A stretch of DNA of 62,847 bases, filler included, from Platydemus manokwari (taxonomy: Eukaryota): assembly GCA_037951405.1 (NCBI GenBank). It is 6 parts of 6 records of this genome, joined end to end, with 100 filler letters (N's around TTAATTAATTAA, not from the genome) between each part and the next. Parts side by side here need not be neighbours in the genome. Positions count along the whole stretch, not along the records: positions 49,495 to 62,847 come from JBBMOY011752507.1; 5 more parts are not named here. One strand, given 5' to 3'. Shown piece by piece: positions 52,746 through 62,847 of this stretch. Each line of letters opens with the position of its first letter. Position 1 is the first letter of the stretch. The notes under the pieces are model-generated. The model had not been told where the DNA came from. It saw nothing but the letters and a program-made list of their open reading frames with translations, and ran no database searches. A program made the translations under genes and the position numbers.

Positions 52746-54871
52746 GCACAATAATACCAAATGGAAATTCGATCGAATGAATTAATACACTGTTGAATGT
52801 TGTTATGATTAAGTTTAAAATGTTTGCCATTCTCAACAAATCGCTGACTTGCTCATGAAACAAAAATCGAAGTGAAACAAATAAAATCAGTGGTGTAATT
52901 TCATGATTGCAACCATTCCAATAGATCGGGGGTGCGTAGGTAAAACATACAAAAATACAGTTGCACTGCGTATTAATCACAAGTAGGACTTGGTGTGATC
53001 GCGCAAATTTATCTGACTGTACCAATAAAAATAAATTTGGCCCGACACATTCTATCTAAAAATGGAATTCACACTCGTATGACTTGCGATTATGAAATTA
53101 AGAACCAAACTGATTAAGAATCCACTTTATAAACCAGACAACTGTTGATAGAATATCAAATAAACAATGAGGTGAAACAGTAGTCGTTTGAGAGAAGTGT
53201 AAACATTTTTTTATCTGTCCGGATATTGTGCAAAATTGTACTTAACAATGAGAATGGTTTAACAACAGATTGTTCATGTTGTTTTATCAGGTCAAAATAG
53301 ATTTTAACAGTGAAATTAGATATTGATTTTTTCACATGTTTGATTGGGGAGGAGGGAGGTTTCGTGAATAAATGAATGTTATTGGCACACATCCTTTGAT
53401 AATGTTTTTTATTTGTTGAGATTTCAGTGAGATTTCTTCGAAAATATATTTCATTGATTATTATAATTGGTTAAAATTATTATTAATTTTTCATCGCTAA
53501 ATAATTTATGGATTTAAAATTGTTCTCCGATTTAAAGACTTCGATTTAATTTACAATTCAATCGAAATGATAAAGATTGAAAGTCACTTTGTAAGAATTT
53601 CCACTTCCATCAGTAGAGGAGTTACCGAAACAGTGTTTTTGATGTCAGTATGGAATGGTTGAGTGAGAATTTTATTTAATCAAATGGTTGAAGTCATCCA
53701 CTAATTGGATGTAAAATTTGAATTTATATTTCGGTAAATAATTGATATTGGAAAACATAATCTTCCTATTCAAATGGCTAAATGAAACGATGTTCTCGTT
53801 TATACCACAAATGTTAGCAAAAGAAATTATATTATCCAAAAAGAGAATACATTATAAAATCATACGAACGATCAAAATACACTTAATTGATAGCATTACC
53901 ATTTATCAGCACCAAAATAGAATTTGTGATCGATCGAGACAAGTAAACAATCGGGACTGAAAATATTGATGGAAAGAGAGGTCGTAAAAACATGTTTGTT
54001 TAAGTAGAATGATTTTGATAGAATGATTTTATAATTATCTTTAAAACTGCGATAAGCTTTAAATTTCAGCATAAAATTAATCATAATATCCTATGACAAG
54101 AATGAAATATAAGATTAGAGTTTGTTGATGTATTAAAAATAAATATTTAGTTTCTCACCTATTTTATTATGATAAATTTAATAAGTTTTTGGAAAGAATA
54201 ATAGACAGAATTTCATGATACGTCAGGTTTATCAGTTGGAACACATAGTTTTTTTCAGATTATTATATTTCATTTCTAATGGTGTTTTCCATTTACGGCT
54301 TCATTGAAATTAGAAAAGTAGAAATTTTCAAACAAATATTCTACAAAGATGCACGAAAGATTAAAATAAATGTTGGTATGATTGTCACTTATGGATTTAT
54401 TTTGATCTGTCGCCACTTCGTTTGTTGTTGAATAACGATTTAGATTGATAGCCATCACAAGAATCTTATTTATTGCTTTGGCTTACGAACTGGGTTTCAG
54501 ATAATTAATTATTAGCCATAGTTTAGTCTCGGTTTTCTATAAACAAAGCCACATCAACATTTCCTGAATTCATTACGAAACCGTTTATTTTTAAATATCA
54601 ACTCTGGTGTCTGTATTTTATGGATTTAATCGATTTTCAGAAATATTGCTGAAAAAATAATTATCATCGATTACGGTTTGGTTAAATATTTTCTATCAAT
54701 TTTATTTTTGACACTATTTCTTTGACTTTATTATTCTTGGATTTATTGGTTTGAGATTTAATTCCTATAGTTGCTGGCAGAATGACGGCATTTATAGAGA
54801 ATTATAGAGTAGTTTATAAAAGGAGCGAAATCATTCATGAATTTTAAGTTAATGATGATATCAGATTTTTT

Positions 54872-55316
54872 GGCCAAAGTTAAAAAAGGATCCTAAAATG
54901 AAATTTTAAATTTTTTGAGTGTATTGCAAAAATCTATATAGTTTATTTAATTATATTCTTTATAAACATTTTAGTTATTTGAAATCAAATATTAAATACA
55001 CTGGAGCTTAAAAATCTCCTAACATTTGATTATTAGAAAATATGAAAAAAGTAAGTCGAATTGCAATTTATTGACAATTAGCGAGGACCCATTTTTAACA
55101 TTAGAAGCAAATTGAGAGATATTCTCCATTTTTACAATTATTTTATAAAAAATAAGCAATGATATTATTAAACATATCTGTATTTAACTAACTAGATTTA
55201 TAATTATAAAAAATTTAAAAACTCAAATAATCATATAGAAGTGTTGTGATTAGAATGGAAACTTGGTTTTAAAACTGTTTTGTCGCTATTAGACATAATC
55301 AAAAATGAGATATTAA
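54872..55316 (-). mobile_element. Merlin-like MITE copy 3, inverted, lacking one end
   Basis: Reverse complement of about 42647-43132. Begins with the TIR ggccaaagttaaaaaaggatcct. Confidence 0.85.
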
Positions 55317-55341
55317 ATGATTGATTTATTTAAGCTTAATT

Positions 55342-55470
55342 TCGAACCGGCAGTTGAGCATCTTTAGAGTATTTATAAATGAGATTTTTGTGTAATTTGT
55401 GTATCACGTTATGATTTGATCTTTTATTTCTCAAGTTCCAACTGGATTTATTGATTTGTGTACTATGGAT
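55342..55470 (+). repeat. Unclassified interspersed repeat, copy B (fragment)
   Basis: gagatttttgtgtaatttgtgtatcacgttatgatttgatcttttatttc is similar to 30429-30490 and 58910-58960. Confidence 0.45.
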
Positions 55471-57480
55471 TAGTCAAACTCTGTATGTTACTGTGGAGCT
55501 ATGCCATTTTTCGAATTAGAATTTTCCATTAAAAATTTTTTTTGCCTATTAAAATTATTAAAAATGTCTATAAACCTCTAAGTATATTAATTGAATAACA
55601 CCCTCTATGTCTACTTACTATTGTTATTAATTTTGATTCTATCCTCATCATAAATTTCATGATTTATAGTCTGACTAATCACATTGAGAATAAACAAACT
55701 CTTTCTGTTTACTTAAATATAATGATGCACTTTGTGCTCAAGAGATAAAATAGTAGATAATCACAACAGTTTTATGGTTGTTTAACAGAAACTACTTATT
55801 ACTGTTTGTTCTCAGTAACTTGGCGATCTGATATGTGCCACACACAGTTTATTGTTAGTTTATTAAATTATTTTTCGGAAAACCAAGAGCAGAAACCAGG
55901 AGATTGATTATGCCAAGATTATAACGAATTGTTCATCAATATGAGTAACTATATTTTAAACTATTTCAAACTCAATAGTATTTCTTAATTATCCTATCTT
56001 GTACCCAACGTCGACAAGTATTAGATGACGCTAAAAGCGATCACTTCACTCTTAAACTTTGAATCTTAAATTTGAAGCTTTAAGACTTTTAAGCTTAAAT
56101 TTTTGAATCCAAGGAGTTAGTGAAATATTTAATTTAAACTATCCGATGGCTATTTGACAAAAAGAAGATAAAAATTAAAATCTTTGCAACATCACCTTAT
56201 TGGTAATAAACAGTAATACGTTATATAAATCTTTTGCAATAAAAATCCAATTATTACCATAAGGTTCAGGCATTTTATTTCTATATTTTAAAATCTATGT
56301 AACTAAAATCCAAAGAGCTGTGCAGCGTAATTGCGTTCACCGCAAGATCACCAAACCAATTTGTTCCATAAAATCATTCGGTGTGACAATGTGAACTAAA
56401 TTTCTTTGTAAAATAAACTGTTTAAATCAATTGCGGTATTTTGTATCATTTAATTAAAAGATAAGCTTTATAAATCCACACCTTATTATTGACGTCGTTG
56501 ATTTGTTCGAAATCTTATAAACAACGACAACCCAACAACTAGAAATCACTTTCTAAATGTTTTGAATTTCCTAGTTATTTTTTCATAACATTTCTGTAGG
56601 TTGGCAAATGTTATAAATGATTAAAAAGAAGTTATTAAAAATAAATATTTCAGTTAATTATTTACTACTTATTTTATTATTTTAAAAGATTTGAGTTTAT
56701 TGTTTATTATTTATTGTAAAAATTATTGCTTTTCTTTTCTTATCATCAATGTTAATGTTTGTTTTACAAATCTTAATGCATTTCATCTTCGATTTTCTTA
56801 CAAAATTACCATATTCGATGTCATAATTTAATATATTTTAGTGTTCAATTCCGGAGTTTGTATTGACTTTTCTGTTAAATAATTATGGTAAAGTTATCAT
56901 TTTAATTAGCAGTAATATTAATTTATATATAAAGATTGATTTAAAAAATCTAGCTTATAAAATCAATGCTTGTAAATGCAACAGGTTTGGTGTCATACAT
57001 ATCTATCGTGAACAAAAGTGACTAACATATAAACAGATAGAGACTAATATATAGAAAGATTATGTTGCCACAGTTATTATGCTCTTTTAATAACTTAAGC
57101 GAAGCGGAGATATATATAAAAATAATAAAGTTCAATTGCACTCAAACTCATGTCTGGATTAAGGCGACAGAGTTGTAAACCAAGAAACCAATATCACAAA
57201 TAAAAATCAATAATGCCAGAACTTAATGCTTGCTTTGATTTCATTTTTGTTCGCCTTTAGATATCCTCAATCAAACACAGATTTAATCAAAGCTTCGATG
57301 ATAATTACATTCGGTTTACTCGATAGTTGGTTATACAGAAATAGCCAATAAATAAAATCACAAATCAAATAATCAATATAATTTGTCAAGTGTAAAATTA
57401 AAAAAAAGGTTGAAAAATAATATTTAATAATAACAAACAACAAAAATAGATCTTACAACAATATCGATATTTTAACAAAT

Positions 57481-60400
57481 CTATAAACCTGACACATTTG
57501 ATTTGATTTTATGTAACTCAGCATTTGTCAATCCACATTCTTTCAAATAGCCTTCACTTCCCCCATATCTGAACCAGATAAATAAATTACACACCAACAA
57601 TAAGTGATTATTTTCTGATATAATTATATTTTAATTAATAAAACATTTTGGTTTCATCTTTGATTGATCTGAACTTTCATACAAAAATATCTCAAATGAT
57701 ATTATTAATTAGAATGACGATTTTGGCAATTTATGACAATCGAATAATGATTCCTCGTTATTTCCATGATATAATTAATAACTCATAAATGAAGTGATTG
57801 TATTTGGAGAGATTGTCAGAAATAAAATGATTATTTCAAATCATATAAACTATTGTTTTGCTGATGATTATTGAGAATTACTATATATATGGCACACAAT
57901 CATATCAGATCAATGCAAAACAATAGGTCTGGGTTATACAGCAATCTTTATTATATAATTATTATGTTTAATTCATTTAGATCATTATATAAATCTCAAT
58001 AATTATTTCTTTTTCTTAACTTTATTCTTCACTCTTTATACTCTGAGCTAGTAGTTTTAAACCAGGGTTCCACCAATATACTCCAGAGTTCCGCAATTTC
58101 TAAATTAGAATAACGAACAAATAAACAACATATTAAATTCAATTTCGAATATCCATTTTATTATTATTATTTCATTATTATTTATTGTTTAAATGTATAA
58201 ATTTAACACAATTAAACCCGCTACATTTGAAATATCACTTTGCCTAATACTATTAGGTTTGCTTTTAGATGTTCAGCTTTGACAACCATCAAACACAAGA
58301 AACGAGCACAATTGCTGTGTGTGGAAGATGAAATTCGTGTGTGTGTCTCAAAAACACGAGCAAATCTTAAAGAGTTGTGTAAGAAACACCAGGTTCAAAT
58401 TTCCCATTGGGATTTTGATAAGAATAAATTTAGTCTATTCAAACATGTACAATATTCTGAGCATGAATACTTTTATTTCATTTCAAAAAAATGCTGTTTT
58501 CTGCATAAAACAATTAAATGATTGCACAGTGATTCCTCTCCAGCAAAAAGGTTGAAAATCACTGCTCTAAGCTATAAAAAGTGAGCAGTTTAATATTAAA
58601 TTCAGCTTATACTTATTCAAATACAAATTTCTTACAGTGAAATTGTAGTTTTAATCTCCAAATGTCATTGTTGGGTCTTGATTTCGAACAACTACATAAT
58701 TGCTGACTCCAAAAATCGAAGATTAAAAGCGTTATTTCTAATCCATGTACTAATCAGTGCGACTCACAAACAGCACAGATACAATCAAACTTGATTTACA
58801 ATTGATACTTATACTACTCAATACGACGCTAAAATTCGATACAAAAAACGTACCAAAAACTTGGCTGCCAACTCGCCGTTGGTCATCTTTGCATCGGTAT
58901 TTTTACATCTGTGAAATTTTTTATCATGTTTGTATCACATTTTGATTTGATATTTACTATTCCATGTTTTTATTTGGCTTATTGGGTATTATTATAGGTG
59001 TGAGATTGACATATCCCTATGTGTGTGTCCCTTCATCCAATTAACATTTACCACCTAAGTCCCCTTTGATTGGTTGGTTGCTATGCCTGTATGGTTGTGT
59101 AGGCATGCAAATGTTTAAAGTGCTAAAACAATGGTTCTAATGTGCAAATCCGTTTATCTTTTGCAATATTAGATCTCAATCAATATCAATCTCTATCATC
59201 CGATTCACCAAATTTCTCATCAATTATGATCGATTGACGCCCATGATGAGAAGTTTTCATTTACAAGACTACCTGTGATTATTGACAATTGTGATGATTC
59301 ATTGGAACTTCTATGATAAATAGCCTTCATCTCATTTCCTTAAATAATACATTTCTTTCAAGAATATTTCATTCATTGCAAATCCGGTATACAATTATTG
59401 CTTGATCGATCGATAACCTTACTTATCTATAATCCAATATTTCATTCGAAATTTACAACATCAGATGTGAGAGTACAACAATCTAATTAATGAGAAGCGT
59501 TATCAAACGATTCATCTGCTGTTTGAATGGATAATATTGTTATTGATTATTATTATCTCCTCATATTTCATCATTTTAAATTTATTAATAACATTTATAA
59601 AAATCGATAATAAAAATCAATAAAAATCCAAACCAACTTGTCTTTTAAATATGATAAAAATGCTGTCATTTCGTCAGGTGGGCTGCGAGTAAATTCGTCT
59701 CTCATCGAATAAAATGAAATCTCTTGATTCAATTCAGTTTCAATGGCAGAAAGATATTTCTGTAAACATTATTTATCGATTAAAAAACTTCACCACAAAT
59801 TGACAAACAATGAAATTTCAAAATATTCAAATAAAGAAGCACTAATAAAATATTCAGAAATCGATAATATCTGGAAATGATGAGAGCCAAATGATTAGGA
59901 AATGTTAAACATTTTAATTGGATAAGAATTGCTCAATATTTCATAGATCAACATTTCGAACACATTGACGAGCAAAAAACCAAATCTTTTGTCCGCTTTT
60001 ATCATATGAATAAGGCCATTATAAAATCCAATCTTATTTCGATAACAATTTATAAAAATAAAAATAATAAAATTAAAATTAACCCCACTGATGATGACAT
60101 TTTCACTGACTGAAACATTTTACTGCTATTTCAGCCATTTATTATTCATAGTTTTCAAAATCAATAAACGACAGATTTCAATTACGTTTGCAATCTAATC
60201 GGTGAAATTGAGATGATTTCAAAGCTAATCTTTGTATGTGTGTGTGTTTCAAAAATCATTCAACCAATTGAAATAAGCGATTATTTTTCTTTTAAGTCGT
60301 ATGGAGATAATTTAACTCACGTGATTAATTTACTAATACGATTACAATTGATTCAAATATCCAGGAGCACGATATGAGAAAATGTGATATCTCACTTAAT

Positions 60401-61287
60401 TTTCTGAAAAAAACCGCAACGATAATTCTGGCAAGTTAAGCTTTGGAAATCTAGTCAATGTTATGATAAAATCCAATAGTTTTTATTAAATAAATTAAGC
60501 TCATAAATGATGAATCTATAAATGTTAATAAAATGCGAGAATATAATGGTTTCTCCAGAAAGTTTATCCACTGATAGGAAGATTTGTTAATGTGAACATG
60601 TAATTGAAAGGTGTTTCAAATTCAACAATGAGCAATGTGTGTTCTACCCGATATTGCTGAACATAAAAAACAATCAAACCGGTCTATCAGTATTTATCAA
60701 AATCAATATTTTATGCCGATCTAAATGGATTAGTAAATTTTATTTACCTCGCTTTTAGAATATTCATCAATAATTTCATCATCAGGACAACCAATCAAAT
60801 CCATTACAAGAGCCGATACAACACCAGTTCGATCTTTACCATATTTACAAGCGATAACAATTGGAAATAATTTCATATTTGTCATGATTAAAAAAATCTT
60901 CTTCATCACATCTTTATTATTATCTAACATTTTTCTGTAATATAATCTCATGGTAAGAGTTTTCCAATCACAGTCAGTAATGGTTAAATCTAAATGATAT
61001 CTGAAACTAGAATTAGTTTCGGAGATGGCATCGATCAATAATTGAGATTCATTAATTTCATTTTGATTTCGGCGAACAAAGTAATCATCTAATTTGCTTG
61101 CTGAACAAAATTCATTTTCACCTCTTAAATCAATGTATGATTTAATTCGAAATGCTTGCTGGAACTTGTGTATTGTTTCAACATTTCCATCGTCTATTGT
61201 ATTCGAACGAAACAAATTCGGGTATTTATTCTGAGCTAAGCCCTGAACAATTGGTCTGAAATTACAAGGACGCAAACATGTGGACAT
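57481..61287 (-). CDS. MptpB/IphP-like protein tyrosine/phosphoinositide phosphatase (Y_phosphatase3 type), three exons, 249 aa
   Basis: Exons 61287-60748, 59759-59638 and 57568-57481 splice in frame at GT-AG sites (750 nt). Motifs: NFR, LFRS, IDLR, P-loop PIVIACKYGKDRTG, LIGCPDDEIIDEYSKSE, EFTRSPPDEMTAFLSYLKDK/YGGSEGYLKECGL. Confidence 0.9.
58049..58564 (+). mobile_element. Non-autonomous hAT (Buster/Charlie-type) element, copy 2, in phosphatase intron 2
   Basis: TIRs tagtagttttaaacc / ggttgaaaatcactg. TSD ctctgagc / ctctaagc (7 of 8). Colinear with 26771-27490. Transposase tail SALTTIKHKKRAQLLCVEDEIRVCVSKTRANLKELCKKHQVQISH. Confidence 0.88.
58711..58965 (+). repeat. Unclassified interspersed repeat, copy C
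   Basis: Ordered blocks shared with 30311-30495. Confidence 0.55.
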
Positions 61288-62847
61288 TATTATTAGACGC
61301 AATTGATTTTTGAGAATTACAAATTTCGATTCAATTTTAACGTGGATTTAATCTTCGATGGATTAAATTTAGTAGTTACTAAAGAAAACAGTAAATACAA
61401 AGCTATTCGTTAAATATCAACACAATCTTTTACAAATTAATATCACGTTAATATTAGATTTAAATAAAAATAAGCATTTAATAAGAAACAAATAAGAAAT
61501 TCATTATAACAATTTGTTTGTATATATAATAATAGTTTTAATTTTTATTATCATTTTAGATTTTATTTTTTATTTTAAATCGTCGAAATTTTTAATACTA
61601 GAAAATGCGGAAAAATGTTGAATAATATTCAGTCTTAATCGATTTTCAAATCAAAAGTTTATTAATCCATCTTCTAAGAGCTGACTTTATATTCATAAAA
61701 TTTTAACGGTTTAGAATTTCAAATCTTAATACTAGTATTAGATATTTTATTAGAGAAATAGCTATTCAAAGAATTATGTAACTTTCAATAAGTTGTTAAA
61801 ATATTATTTTTAAATCAATCATTAAATTATTTCAATTTGCAGAATAACTTTTCAATTTTTTCGATTAAAATTATAGTAATTTTGCAACCATTATAGCAAT
61901 TTTATCCACTTTCATTTATACATTGTGGGTGTATGGGTAATGGATGAACAGAACTTTATAACACATTAATATATTTTGTAATGTTTAGAAAATTTCACAC
62001 ATTTTGAGTCTATATACTAGGCCATCTTGAATGAATTTATTGTCCGAACGTAAGGCATAATAGTGATCTGATGCTACTAAAAGACCACGGTTCAAACAAT
62101 TTAGCAAACGAATTCATAATCTCAATTGAAACAATTAATGAATCTAATTTTCCAACGGTTTAATATTTTTAAAGTAATTTTTAGAATAACAAAAGAGCTC
62201 AAAACATCATGTGGGGAAATCATATAGCGGCTAGTGCTCTACCCAGATAATTAGGCGACCAAATTAAGAAAATTTCCATCATCCTCAGCTCATATTGTGC
62301 ATGGAAGAGCAAGAAAGCCGAGCTGAAAATATCACAAACTCAAAAATCAACCCAAACGACAATATAGTCACAACAAAAAATATATATCCCAAACAACGCA
62401 GGCACCCTAAACAACAGAAATAGAATTCAAGAATCCAATGAAAACGATAGAAATCCATATAATCAACATACAATGGGAAATGTGGAGAAAGAAGAGCTGG
62501 AGCATAGATTAAGATTCTCAGGTGACAGTGGAAGATTCATTGTACTGTTACAAACTAACTGTTCATCTAATTGATACGTTTTCGATTCTTTATTTATTAT
62601 TTCTTTTAATTTGATCAAAAATCTATATCTTATCAGTACACCGAGTCCCCTCAGGTAGTATTTTGATCTTATGTGTTTTGATGTTTATTCATCTCGACGA
62701 TCGCAATTTAAATGAAGATAAGCGGATCGATATGGAAATCGATATTACTATTTTAATTTTGTCTTTTGCCTCTATTATCTTCTCCTCACCCTTTTCATCA
62801 GTCTCTTTAATCAATTGAATTAACAAAATGATTCCCAAAATCGGTGG

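Noticed and set aside
59340-59430. YRSIKQ*LYTGF as a duplicate phosphatase exon 3
   Set aside because: In-frame stop and no in-phase acceptor. The exon at 57568-57481 fits much better.
62200-62560. A-rich gag-like stretch
   Set aside because: Suggestive composition only; no CCHC knuckle or protease motif.

Overview
Very AT-rich animal genomic DNA with 46-63 nt short introns, an innexin and (AAT)n microsatellites. I infer a flatworm, probably a triclad planarian, but cannot prove it. The window is six contigs joined by five identical 100-nt artificial spacers (44 N + TTAATTAATTAA + 44 N), so gene order across spacers is unreliable. Reading splice sites by hand gives seven protein-coding genes: (1) an orphan protein with three CxC-x12-H zinc fingers; (2) the 5' half of mitochondrial ABCB10, with a GC-AG intron; (3) an intronless AMP deaminase; (4) the first coding exon of an innexin; (5) a G-protein gamma subunit; (6) five exons of an OXR1/NCOA7-like TLDc gene, largely missed by the ORF track and convergent with the G-gamma gene; (7) a complete three-exon MptpB/IphP-type (microbial-style) phosphatase. 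Intergenic and intronic DNA carries two hAT (Buster/Charlie-type) deletion derivatives, three copies of a Merlin-like MITE, a Tc2/pogo-like end and decayed retroelement fragments. The best leads are a strand-asymmetric array of G-U-rich hairpins at 30.8-31.3 kb, the intron-containing MptpB-like phosphatase, a CxxC-containing insertion inside the TLDc domain and the orphan zinc-finger gene. I found no clear multi-gene novel system.
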